Source: a virus (lineage: Duplodnaviria; Heunggongvirae; Uroviricota; Caudoviricetes). Taken from it: 41,923 nt of DNA. The position numbers were made by a program, and so were the translations under genes. Shown here piece by piece: positions 25,345 through 34,207 of the stretch. The stretch is taken from IMG/VR virus record IMGVR_UViG_2630968543_000002; one strand, 5' to 3'. The stretch's first letter is position 1. Each line of letters starts with the position of its first letter. The notes beneath the pieces were generated by a model that made no database searches, was not told where the DNA came from, and saw only the letters and a program-made list of their open reading frames with translations.

Positions 25345-27857
25345 TGCCAGTCGTACCAACAGTATCCGGACGTCAGGTTGAGAGCCGTGGAGTTCAGTCA
25401 GCAGGCTTGCAGACGTTTTCTCAGCCAGGTATTGGTGATGCTTTTGTTCGGGCAGGGGCAGAGGCAATTGATGTTTTTGGTCAGGCAAAACAGCGTGCCA
25501 ATATCGCTCTGGCTCAGGAGGCATCTCTTAACCTCAGTCAGATAAGCAGCGATCTGCTGAATAATCCTGAAACAGGATTGCTTAATCTGAAAGGGAAAAA
25601 TGCTATTGGAAAAGGCCATGAGTATACGCAGCAGTTTGATGCTCAGGTCGAACAACTGGCTATGTCGCTGCCGGATGAACAGGCTCGTAATGCTTTCATG
25701 CAGCAGGCGCAGCAGCAGCGCATTCAGTTCACTACGCAGGCAGGGCGGCACGAGATAGGGCAAATAAATGCCTACGAAGAAGGCCAGTTTCAGGCTACGC
25801 TGCTGAACAATGGTAAAAATGCCGCAGCATTGTATGGCGACAACGCCGCATACGTATTGGCTAATAAGCAAACTTTCCAGCAAATTGAGGATTACGGCAT
25901 TGCACATGGCTGGAGTGACGAGCAAATCCAGGCCAAGAAAATCGAGTTTAAAGAAGCAACAGCAAAAGCAACTGCTCAAAATGCTATTGGAGCAAACTAT
26001 CTTCAGGTAAGACAGCAAAACGGCGAGTTAAGCGATACTGCTGTTGGATCTCGCCGTGCTGTAGCAGATAGTGGCTCTTCCGATCGTACCCGCGGTATAC
26101 GCAACAATAACCCCGGCAATCTTGAATACAGCAAAACTAATCCGTGGGTTGGGCAGACTGGTGATGATGGTCGCTTTGCCAAATTCGAAACCCCTGAACA
26201 CGGTATTCGTGCATTAGGGCGGAACCTGATGTCGTATCAGCGGCAGGGTATTGATACCGTCAGCGAGATAATTAATCGCTGGGCACCGCCTACTGATAAA
26301 AATGACACTATGTCGTATATCAAAGCAGTGTGCGAACAACTTGGCGTTTCTGCTGATGAGCCTCTCGATGCATCAAATCCTGATACCCTGAAGGCGCTTT
26401 GTGCAGCCATTATCCATCATGAAAACGGTAGCCAGCCATACAGTGATCAGCAGTTAACTGCAGGTGTTAGTGCCGCGCTGGGGCTTTCTCAGCTACCGAC
26501 AAAAAATAAACGTTATACCGGTGTAGCCTGGTTCGATGCTTTAAGTGAATCAGATCAGGCCAGCGTGTTGCGACAGACTGATGCACTAGCCAGACAACAG
26601 CAGGCTGAATATAAAACGATGCTCGACAGTCGGGTTCGCGATGCGACGGCTGCGTATATGCGTGGCGTTGAATTTCCTAACCCACCTGGTGAGGATGATT
26701 TTATTGCAGCTTATGGAGTCAGAGAAGGAAACCTGCGATATACCGAGTTTAAGAATACGCAGATCGCCGGACAGTATATAGGCTCTTTCCGCAACATGCC
26801 GACAAGCAGCATTACAGCATATGTTGAGCAATTACGCCCGGATACTGGTGAGACAGGGGAGGGATATGCGGCACGCGCAGCTCTTTATGACAACGTTGTT
26901 TCGGCTGCAAATCAGGTGATAAAGCAGCGGCAATCGGATCCTGTGCAGTTCTCTCTTGCCGCCGGACAGGCAAAGCCTATCGACATGAGCAATAAGGATA
27001 ACTTTGGACAGAGTGTTGCCTTGCGTGCTGCTCAGGTTAGTGATCTTGCCAAGTCATATGGCACTCCACTGACGTTCTTTTCCAAAGACGAGGCCAATCA
27101 GATCGGTGTTTTCTTTCGTGATGCGCCCGTTTCCCAACAGGCAGCATATCTCGATACCATCAGGCAAAGCACTGGTGGTGGGCAGGTGTATATGTCAGCA
27201 CTACAGCAGATCAGTGCCAACGCTCCATCTGCTGCCGTTGCCGGGATACTGATGGATAAGCCTGGTGGTATTTTGGCAGAAAAAAACTGGTTTAATCCGG
27301 ATGTTTCCGTGTCTCCTGAAACCGCTGCGCAGACAATTCTTGCTGGCGCGGCGGCTCGTAAAGGTACTGATGATGCGAAAGGTATTCCGATGCCTAAAGA
27401 TGCTGATCTTCGCCTTGAGTTTTCTGACATGGTGAAGGATGCATTTGCTGGTGATGCTCAGGGGGCATCAATGGCATACGAGATCGCAAAGGACTATTAC
27501 GCTGGTGTGATGGCGAAAAAAGGCGTGGTATCAGGCGAAATTGACAATGATATCTGGAAACAGGCTGTTAACGTAGCTACAGGTGGCGTGCATGATTATA
27601 ACGGAATGGGGAATGTCCTTTTGCCGTGGGGAATGTCTGCAGAGCAATTCGATAAGCAGGTTAATCAGGCTTGGAATGAACAAGTTGTCGGCACCGGGAT
27701 AAAAACACCGCCTGGTCAGTATGGTTTGCAAAGTTACGGCGATAGTCAGTACCTGGTGAAACTTGGCACTGGTTATCTGCTGAAAGATGATGGTTCTCCT
27801 GTTGTTCTTGATCTGACACAGAAGCGTCAGAGATTCTCCGGAGATATTCCGCAATGA
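25344..27857 (+). CDS. Internal virion / ejection protein (gp15 position) with conserved GIRNNNPGNLEY motif domain
   Basis: ATG at 25344 with GGAGG 7 nt upstream (ORF opens at 25269); about 837 aa. Confidence 0.6.
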   Translation: MPVVPTVSGRQVESRGVQSAGLQTFSQPGIGDAFVRAGAEAIDVFGQAKQRANIALAQEASLNLSQISSDLLNNPETGLLNLKGKNAIGKGHEYTQQFDAQVEQLAMSLPDEQARNAFMQQAQQQRIQFTTQAGRHEIGQINAYEEGQFQATLLNNGKNAAALYGDNAAYVLANKQTFQQIEDYGIAHGWSDEQIQAKKIEFKEATAKATAQNAIGANYLQVRQQNGELSDTAVGSRRAVADSGSSDRTRGIRNNNPGNLEYSKTNPWVGQTGDDGRFAKFETPEHGIRALGRNLMSYQRQGIDTVSEIINRWAPPTDKNDTMSYIKAVCEQLGVSADEPLDASNPDTLKALCAAIIHHENGSQPYSDQQLTAGVSAALGLSQLPTKNKRYTGVAWFDALSESDQASVLRQTDALARQQQAEYKTMLDSRVRDATAAYMRGVEFPNPPGEDDFIAAYGVREGNLRYTEFKNTQIAGQYIGSFRNMPTSSITAYVEQLRPDTGETGEGYAARAALYDNVVSAANQVIKQRQSDPVQFSLAAGQAKPIDMSNKDNFGQSVALRAAQVSDLAKSYGTPLTFFSKDEANQIGVFFRDAPVSQQAAYLDTIRQSTGGGQVYMSALQQISANAPSAAVAGILMDKPGGILAEKNWFNPDVSVSPETAAQTILAGAAARKGTDDAKGIPMPKDADLRLEFSDMVKDAFAGDAQGASMAYEIAKDYYAGVMAKKGVVSGEIDNDIWKQAVNVATGGVHDYNGMGNVLLPWGMSAEQFDKQVNQAWNEQVVGTGIKTPPGQYGLQSYGDSQYLVKLGTGYLLKDDGSPVVLDLTQKRQRFSGDIPQ

Positions 27858-29656
27858 GTTACTTTGGCCTTAATCCAGTAAACCAGAATCAGCAACTTGA
27901 CGAAGCAGCATCAAATCCAGCGGGCTTTAACAGCGATGTTGGTTTTTTCGACAATGCTGTAGGAGCGGCATTGTCTGGTTTGTACTCCGGGCTGGTGGCA
28001 AAGCCAGATCAGTTGCTATGGGCAGGGATGGATAAAATCGTATCCCCGATTGCTCAGTTTATTAACGAAAACACCTCGCTCAATGACACTTCAGTTTCAT
28101 ACATTGCTGAGCAGAGAAAACTAGCAGAGCAGCAGGTTAAGCGGCTGACGCCTGATGCCGCGACAACCGGAACCGCCGGGCAGGTCCTTTATGGGTTGTT
28201 CGATATGGGCGGGCAGGCTGTTGTCGGTACAACGCTCGGTGGTCCGGTCGGAGGTGCTGCGGCGGTAACTTCTCTACAGGGTTTTTCTGAGTTTGAACGG
28301 CTGACAGCACAGGGTGTTGATTTCAGGACGGCGCAGGAAGCTGGATTAGTGCAGGGTATTACTGCTGGTGCCGGAACACTGATCCCTATGAGCCTCGGGT
28401 TACGTGCGGGTGGTGCGCTGGCGGAAGGTGTGGCGGCTCAGCTTGCGCGGACGGGTGAAAGTTCAGTGCGACGCGCTGCAGCAACAGCAGTACGTGCAAC
28501 GCCAGATATTGCCTATGCCGCAGGTACAAATATTGCGTTCGGTATGGCACAGCGTGGGCTTACTGCTAAAACGCTTCGTGATGGTGGCTATAGCGAAATG
28601 GCTAACCAGTATGATGTGTTGGATCGACAGGCAATTGCTATTGATGCTGTTCTTGGGGTGGCGTTTGGTGGTGTCGGCAGATTTATTAACTCTCGCGGCG
28701 AGTCTACAAGCGCACCAAATTTTTCACCAGTTGATATCGATGCTGCACTGGCGGCGAATGCCGCTCATCATGCTGAAATTGATATTGCTCCCGGCGTGCC
28801 GATCAACGTGCTTTCGCGTAATTCACACATTCAGGCTCTGCGAAAAGCCATGTCTGATGTTAGCCAGGGGAGACCTGTAGACGTTGCCAGCATTGTTGAG
28901 TCTGCATCTTTCAGTGAAATTCCTGGGCGCAAGAGTCTGCTGTCTCAGGCAGTTAATGAGGCTCTGTCATCAGTAGATGATGGAGTAACGGCGCGCGCTA
29001 TAGAAAATCGGTTGCTTGAAGAACAGGCCGCACAGCTTTTGCCGCGTGGCGATAGACAGGTTTACCAGTCTGAAATCGCTAATAGCCAACGAATTATTGA
29101 AAATCTCACTGAACAGCGCGCACAAATTCTTGCAGAAGATCCAACCGGTAGCGGTAAGGCTTTATCTCGTGCTCGATCAGATAAACAGGCCAGACTTCGC
29201 GATATTGACCAACGAATCAGGCAGGCACAAGAACGCCTGGAATTTTCTCGTAACGCGTTGGCACCGCATGAGCCTGGCGGTCAGTTTTTTGAAGCTCGAG
29301 CAGAACTGGCACGGCGACTGCAGGTAGAAAGTGAACTTAATGCTCAGGCTGTTTCATTCTATAAAACAGCAGAGGTCAGGACGCCAGACGAAGTAGCTCC
29401 TTTTGAGCCTGATAAAATATTGCAACAGGCAGAACAAAAAATGATGGCGGATCAGGCAGGAGATATTGATCTGCGCATAGCTGAAGACTCGCTGCTTGAA
29501 TCACCTGACATGATAATCACCGTGCTGGATGATGATGGTAATCCACAATCGCGCAGCGCGCGTGAAGTACTGGATGAAGCGAACAGGGAAAGTGAGCAGG
29601 CAATACAGGATTCCAGCCTGTTTGATGTCGCTGTGGCGTGTTTCTTGAGAGGTTAA
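27854..29656 (+). CDS. Internal virion / ejection protein (gp16-like, part 1)
   Basis: 600-aa ORF; ATGA overlap with the upstream gene; Gly/Ala-rich hydrophobic N-terminal third. Confidence 0.55.
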   Translation: MSYFGLNPVNQNQQLDEAASNPAGFNSDVGFFDNAVGAALSGLYSGLVAKPDQLLWAGMDKIVSPIAQFINENTSLNDTSVSYIAEQRKLAEQQVKRLTPDAATTGTAGQVLYGLFDMGGQAVVGTTLGGPVGGAAAVTSLQGFSEFERLTAQGVDFRTAQEAGLVQGITAGAGTLIPMSLGLRAGGALAEGVAAQLARTGESSVRRAAATAVRATPDIAYAAGTNIAFGMAQRGLTAKTLRDGGYSEMANQYDVLDRQAIAIDAVLGVAFGGVGRFINSRGESTSAPNFSPVDIDAALAANAAHHAEIDIAPGVPINVLSRNSHIQALRKAMSDVSQGRPVDVASIVESASFSEIPGRKSLLSQAVNEALSSVDDGVTARAIENRLLEEQAAQLLPRGDRQVYQSEIANSQRIIENLTEQRAQILAEDPTGSGKALSRARSDKQARLRDIDQRIRQAQERLEFSRNALAPHEPGGQFFEARAELARRLQVESELNAQAVSFYKTAEVRTPDEVAPFEPDKILQQAEQKMMADQAGDIDLRIAEDSLLESPDMIITVLDDDGNPQSRSAREVLDEANRESEQAIQDSSLFDVAVACFLRG

Positions 29657-29661
29657 ATTAA

Positions 29662-32136
29662 ATGAGACAGGAATGTATACAAGCGGTCCAGCAGGCGGCG
29701 CAGCGCACGTTAACGGCGCGAGAAATACAGAACATTGAAGACCGCATTTATCGAAATATGCGCTCCATTGCTCGTGATGACCCGATGTCGTGGAGACAAC
29801 TTTCCGAATCAGAGCGGCTATATCGTGCAGCACAATTGGCATCTGAAGAATTACAGCGAGAAGCGGCATTAAAGAAACGTCGTGTGGCCCTCACTATATC
29901 CGCACGTCAGAGATTGGATAAATTTATCAATAGCTATCAAGGGGCTGATGGGAAACTTGGCGCTCTTAACCGTACTATTGCTTTTAATGCAGACGGTAAA
30001 TCGAATTTCCTCTCTGTTGAGTCCAGAACAAAAGCCACTCGTGATTATGCATTGAGTCAATTGCAAGAGGCATTTGAAGCAGTTGATCCTCGCTTTTTTG
30101 GCCTGTTTGAAGATGAAGCTGGCGTGCGTGACCTGGTATATGAAATGCGAGGGCAAAATACTGGCAATGCTAAAGCAAGAAAAGGTGCTAAGGCGTGGAG
30201 AGAAGTGACAGATCTACTGCGCCGCCGGTTTAATGATGCTGGTGGGGACATTGGCTATCTCGAAAACTGGGGAATCCCTCAACATCATTCTATGGAAAAG
30301 GTTGGGGCGGTATCAAAGGATAAGTGGGTTAGCGATGTTATAGGTAAGCTGGATCGCAAATATTATATCCGAGCCGATGGACAACTGATGAACGATTCCG
30401 AGTTGTCTGCATTTCTTGGAGAGGCTTATAACACGATCGCTACTGGTGGGCTGAATAAGCTTACTGATACCGGAATGCGAATTTCAGGCGCACGTGCTAA
30501 CCGTGGTAATACATCACGACAGATACATTTCAAAGATGCAGATTCCTATCTGCAATATCAGCAACTTTATGGCGATCGCTCTCTATGGGAAATCATGGTC
30601 GGTCACCTGGAAGGTATCAGTAAAGATATTGCACTGGTGGAAACATATGGCCCAAACCCCGATCATGTTTTCCGCTCTCTTCTTGATCAGGTGAAGGCAG
30701 AAACGGCAACAGCTAACCCGAGTAAAACCGGTAAAGTCGAGCGGCTGGCGAACAATACAGAGAATCTGTACAACTTTATTTCCGGAAAGACACAGCCTGT
30801 AGCGAATCCGCACATCGCGCGATGGTCTGACAATATCCGCAACTGGCTGGTTGCCAGCAGACTCGGATCCGCGTTGCTGTCATCGTTCTCTGATCTTGGA
30901 ACCATGTATCTGTCTGCGAAGGTGACCAACCTTCCAATGAACCAGTTATTCCGCAACCAGCTTGAAGCTATGGACCCAACGAACCGTACAGAACTTGCGC
31001 GGGCGCGCCGCGCTGGTCTGGCGATGGAATCTCTACTTGGCAGCGTTAACCGCTGGGCGATGGATAATATGGGGCCGTCTGTGTCTCGTTGGGCTGCAAC
31101 GGCGGTAATGCGTGCCAGTGGGCTTACAGCATGGTCAGATGCGCACAAGCGCGCCTATGGCGTAACCATGATGGGAAGCTTGGGAGAAGTAGTGTCACGG
31201 ACACCAGACCTTCGTAGCCTCGATGATTCTGATTTTCGCATCCTGAAAAGCAAAGGGATTACTGACACAGACTGGAGCGTATGGAAGCTGGCGCAACAGG
31301 AGGACTGGGGGAACGGCAATAATACGATGCTGACACCGGAAAGCATTATGCGTATCCCTGATTCAGCAGTTAAACATCTTGGTGAGCCTGAACGCGTGAA
31401 ATTTGAGGCAATGCGTAAACTGCTCGGTGCCATAACTGAAGAAGTTGATATGGCTGTTATTACACCGGGAGCACGTGAGCAACTGATAACCGGTTCTGGT
31501 ATTCAGCGTGGAACATGGAAAGGTGAATTAACGAGAAGTGTTTTCCTGTTTAAATCGTTCCCTATCTCGGTGGTTATGCGTCACTGGTCACGCGCTATGG
31601 GTATGCCGTCTGCTGGTGGGCGTGCGGCATATATTGCGACGTTTATTGCCAGTACGACCATTCTTGGCGCTTTGTCGCAGCAACTTAACGACCTTGCGTC
31701 TGGTCGTAATCCTCGCGAGATGACAGGAGAAGATGCTGCTAAATTTTGGCTTGGTGCTCTACTGAAAGGTGGTGGTCTTGGCCTTTACGGTGACTTTTTA
31801 TTGTCAGATCACACTAGGTACGGAAGCGGCGCGCTGGCGTCGATGCTTGGCCCGGTAGCTGGTCTGGTTGATGACGTAGTGAAGATTGCTCAGGGCATAC
31901 CGTTAAATGCTGTGGAAGGGAAGAGTGAGCAGACTGGTGGTGATCTGGTTAAGCTGGGGAAAGGTCTGATGCCAGGTGCGAATCTCTGGTACTTGAAGGC
32001 GGCTCTCGATCACATGATCTTTAACCAGATGCAGGAGTATTTTTCACCAGGTTATTTGCGTAAAATGGAGCAACGTTCGAAGAAAGAGTTTAACCAGACA
32101 TACTGGTGGCGACCACAGGATGTCACTCCGCAATAA
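29662..32136 (+). CDS. Internal virion / ejection protein (gp16-like, part 2)
   Basis: 824-aa ORF; last gene of the core-protein operon. Confidence 0.55.
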   Translation: MRQECIQAVQQAAQRTLTAREIQNIEDRIYRNMRSIARDDPMSWRQLSESERLYRAAQLASEELQREAALKKRRVALTISARQRLDKFINSYQGADGKLGALNRTIAFNADGKSNFLSVESRTKATRDYALSQLQEAFEAVDPRFFGLFEDEAGVRDLVYEMRGQNTGNAKARKGAKAWREVTDLLRRRFNDAGGDIGYLENWGIPQHHSMEKVGAVSKDKWVSDVIGKLDRKYYIRADGQLMNDSELSAFLGEAYNTIATGGLNKLTDTGMRISGARANRGNTSRQIHFKDADSYLQYQQLYGDRSLWEIMVGHLEGISKDIALVETYGPNPDHVFRSLLDQVKAETATANPSKTGKVERLANNTENLYNFISGKTQPVANPHIARWSDNIRNWLVASRLGSALLSSFSDLGTMYLSAKVTNLPMNQLFRNQLEAMDPTNRTELARARRAGLAMESLLGSVNRWAMDNMGPSVSRWAATAVMRASGLTAWSDAHKRAYGVTMMGSLGEVVSRTPDLRSLDDSDFRILKSKGITDTDWSVWKLAQQEDWGNGNNTMLTPESIMRIPDSAVKHLGEPERVKFEAMRKLLGAITEEVDMAVITPGAREQLITGSGIQRGTWKGELTRSVFLFKSFPISVVMRHWSRAMGMPSAGGRAAYIATFIASTTILGALSQQLNDLASGRNPREMTGEDAAKFWLGALLKGGGLGLYGDFLLSDHTRYGSGALASMLGPVAGLVDDVVKIAQGIPLNAVEGKSEQTGGDLVKLGKGLMPGANLWYLKAALDHMIFNQMQEYFSPGYLRKMEQRSKKEFNQTYWWRPQDVTPQ

Positions 32137-32145
32137 GGATGAGAA

Positions 32146-32286
32146 ATGATTGCTTTTATTCTTGTTGTGTTTGCGCTTGTTGCACTTGGCGTTATGAACC
32201 GTAAATGTATCATTGACGATGGCGAATTTGCTGTTGCAGTTATTTTGATATTATCTGGTGTAGCAGGGTACATAGGCTTGTCATAA
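32146..32286 (+). CDS. Small hydrophobic peptide (46 aa, two predicted membrane helices); not in the ORF track
   Basis: Hand translation MIAFILVVFALVALGVMNRKCIIDDGEFAVAVILILSGVAGYIGLS; AAGGATGAG 5 nt upstream; followed by palindrome and terminator. Confidence 0.35.
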   Translation: MIAFILVVFALVALGVMNRKCIIDDGEFAVAVILILSGVAGYIGLS

Positions 32287-32293
32287 CGTGAGC

Positions 32294-32305
32294 GTGACAT
32301 GTCAC
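32294..32305. repeat. Perfect 12-bp palindrome GTGACATGTCAC, copy 3 of 3
   Basis: Direct reading. Confidence 0.7.
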
Positions 32306-32330
32306 AGGCCGCTTTCGCGGCCTTGTTTTT
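32306..32330 (+). terminator. Rho-independent terminator ending the core-protein operon
   Basis: AGGCCGC-TTTC-GCGGCCT hairpin followed by TGTTTTT. Confidence 0.7.
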
Positions 32331-32370
32331 AACGAATGCCACCGCCGCCCGGACGGGAATCCGCAGACAC

Positions 32371-32391
32371 AAAAAAGCCCGCGGCGCGGGC
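32371..32391 (-). terminator. Rho-independent terminator for the minus-strand two-gene operon
   Basis: GCCCGC-GGC-GCGGGC hairpin followed on the minus strand by six U (plus A-run 32371..32376). Confidence 0.6.
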
Positions 32392-32831
32392 TATTCTTCT
32401 TCATCATAAAAAAGCGGATTGTCGTTTCCATCTGATGAAAGGAAAGGTATGTGTTCTCTTGAAAATCCAACAACGACAATTTCATTATCATTTTTTGCAT
32501 AATGAATGCATTCATTAGAATGCATTCCGCCGGGGTTGAAATTTAAGTTAATGGTATAATTCTTAAATGTGTTTGGATACCATGTTGGCCCACAATGATA
32601 ATGCCAATAATTCTCTTGCTCATAATTGTCTGAGCCGGGAATTTTATCATGGTTATCATCAACCCACGATGGCTTGTTTTTTCCAACAAGCGCCCTTCCA
32701 TTGGCAACATCTTCTAAAAACCTTTGTATGATTTTTATTTCATCGTCAGTAAGGAAAGGTCCGTCTACAGCGAAAGGGGTGTTGCTTTCCCCATTTAGAA
32801 AACTATTAGATATTCTAATGTTAAACTTCAA
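32391..32831 (-). CDS. Hypothetical protein (146 aa), acidic C-terminus, no recognisable domain; second gene of the accessory operon
   Basis: TTG start with AGGAG 6 nt upstream, 20 nt after the stop of the small upstream gene. Confidence 0.5.
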   Translation of the reverse strand: MKFNIRISNSFLNGESNTPFAVDGPFLTDDEIKIIQRFLEDVANGRALVGKNKPSWVDDNHDKIPGSDNYEQENYWHYHCGPTWYPNTFKNYTINLNFNPGGMHSNECIHYAKNDNEIVVVGFSREHIPFLSSDGNDNPLFYDEEE

Positions 32832-32851
32832 GACAAACTCCTAATGTGCTT

Positions 32852-33019
32852 CTATTTGGAGCGAAATGCCGCCTTGAAGTCGCTGAAAGATGTTCCTGTC
32901 TGGTAAACCATATCCTTGTCGCGCTCTTTGCTTGCGCGGCCAAGCATAACTTTTCCAATGACATCCCAGCATTGCTTGGCTTGTTCATTGTGCTGAGTAC
33001 GATTTTTCAACGCTGTCAT
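32852..33019 (-). CDS. Small hypothetical protein (55 aa); first gene of the accessory operon; not in the ORF track
   Basis: Hand translation MTALKNRTQHNEQAKQCWDVIGKVMLGRASKERDKDMVYQTGTSFSDFKAAFRSK; GGAGG 6 nt upstream. Confidence 0.5.
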   Translation of the reverse strand: MTALKNRTQHNEQAKQCWDVIGKVMLGRASKERDKDMVYQTGTSFSDFKAAFRSK

Positions 33020-33031
33020 ATCGCGCCTCCT

Positions 33032-33075
33032 TTACCTTTAAGGTAATAGTACGCTATTCACCCCCAGTCTGCAAT
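33032..33075 (-). promoter_or_regulatory. Sigma70-like promoter (-35 TTGCAG, 17-bp spacer, -10 TACTAT) with a perfect operator TTACC-TTAAA-GGTAA (33032..33046) overlapping the -10/+1
   Basis: Direct reading of the minus strand. Confidence 0.6.
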
Positions 33076-33119
33076 CTGTACAGAATTATTTAAAGGCACA
33101 TCCCTGTGCCGCCGTTCCG

Positions 33120-33812
33120 TCAGAAAAATCCTGCTTTATCGTTGATGTACTCCGCGTGGGTCTCGATATCACGCAGGCATTTGCTCACACCGACGATGTA
33201 GCAGAACATGGTGGTCAGCTCCGCCGCCGCGCCCGATACGTCGTGCCCGTCTTCCTGTAACTGGTTCAGCAGATTCATCAGCAGTGAGTTCTCCGTCAGG
33301 CCGAGAACACCAGACGGCGAGTGAATCAGACTGCGGTAGCCGGGCTTCAGTGGGGCGCTGTAGGTTTTGTTCTCTATCTTCATTGCCTGCATCACTGCTG
33401 ACGCCGTGGCGTTGGCAACCTGGTCGGCAACCATCTTTATGCGTTCTTCCTGCGGGAGCGAGTTTTTAATGTAGCTTCCGGTGCGGCGGATCTGAGGAAG
33501 AACCTCACCTGTAACCCATTCAAGAAATCTGAATGCTCTCGTTCCCTCTGTCATTGCCTCTTTGCAACGCAGAATAAGGATGTAGAGACCTGATTCTGAA
33601 ACGATGGATAGTTCTTGTATTCCACCAGGGGTCTGTATTGAATGCAGCCCCTTTTTGTTCCAGCCTTTTTTATCAAGTTTTCTCGCTTGTGTAACATCAA
33701 TATTCAAAGCATTGCACACATCTTTGGTGACAAACCAAGGTTCTCCGTCAATCATGAACATACGGATCTGGCAGGATGACTCAAAGGAAAAGATGGAAGG
33801 TTTGGTATTCAT
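33120..33812 (-). CDS. Bro-N domain protein / putative antirepressor (Ant-like)
   Basis: N-terminal Bro-N signature (IFSFESSCQIRMFMIDGEPWFVTKDVCNALNI); AAGGTGA 5 nt upstream of ATG 33812 (ORF opens at 33857 with TTG); C-terminal domain paralogous to gene 34959..35216. Confidence 0.75.
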   Translation of the reverse strand: MNTKPSIFSFESSCQIRMFMIDGEPWFVTKDVCNALNIDVTQARKLDKKGWNKKGLHSIQTPGGIQELSIVSESGLYILILRCKEAMTEGTRAFRFLEWVTGEVLPQIRRTGSYIKNSLPQEERIKMVADQVANATASAVMQAMKIENKTYSAPLKPGYRSLIHSPSGVLGLTENSLLMNLLNQLQEDGHDVSGAAAELTTMFCYIVGVSKCLRDIETHAEYINDKAGFF

Positions 33813-33966
33813 GGCGATCACCTTTGTAGTTAGGTTAATCACCACCGCTGAGACCAATCAGATGGTGGTGAACTGTGCAGAGTTGGTCTTACCGGCTACA
33901 AAGGAACCCGGCGCACCTTTCGGTGCCCCCACACAGCCCACCATAGAATAGGTGCGCTTTACACAT

Positions 33967-34080
33967 AAAAAAACCGCTTATGCGGCATATGTGCCTCTGT
34001 AGTAATCCGGGAGACCAATCCCGGCACTGGATTTTGCCAGTGCCCGATTACTATGGCACAAGAGGAGTGCGATGTAAATT
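33967..34080 (-). ncRNA. Candidate structured leader or small RNA upstream of the Bro-N gene (tentative)
   Basis: Minus-strand promoter (-35 TTGATT, 17-bp spacer, -10 TATCAT) abutting the operator at 34080..34094; two stable hairpins (34007..34024 and 34024..34043) and a short GC stem followed by seven U (33967..33985). Confidence 0.25.
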
Positions 34081-34094
34081 TACCGAAAAGGTAA
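34080..34094. promoter_or_regulatory. Perfect operator palindrome TTACC-GAAAA-GGTAA
   Basis: Direct reading. Confidence 0.55.
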
Positions 34095-34172
34095 TGATAA
34101 GCGCGAAAAAACATTAAAATCAACCGTATTTGGTTGATTGCGTTTAACGCTTGATCACCTGAAAGCAAGATA

Positions 34173-34187
34173 TTACCTTTAAGGTAA
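34173..34187. promoter_or_regulatory. Perfect operator palindrome ATTACC-TTTAA-GGTAAT preceded by AGATAT (-10-like), 21 nt upstream of the 34208 start codon
   Basis: Direct reading; core 15-mer identical to the site at 33032. Confidence 0.55.
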
Positions 34188-34207
34188 TGTTATTGTGAGG
34201 AAAAGCA

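Noticed and set aside
25398-26018. 206-aa minus-strand ORF inside the gp15-position gene
   Set aside because: Embedded antisense ORF with Cys/Leu-rich artefactual composition.
32846-33046. Plus-strand 66-aa ORF overlapping the small accessory gene
   Set aside because: The minus-strand frame has a GGAGG Shine-Dalgarno, a consensus promoter and a downstream partner gene; the plus frame has none.
33604-33951. Plus-strand 115-aa ORF inside the Bro-N gene
   Set aside because: Antisense to a gene with a clear Bro-N domain signature.
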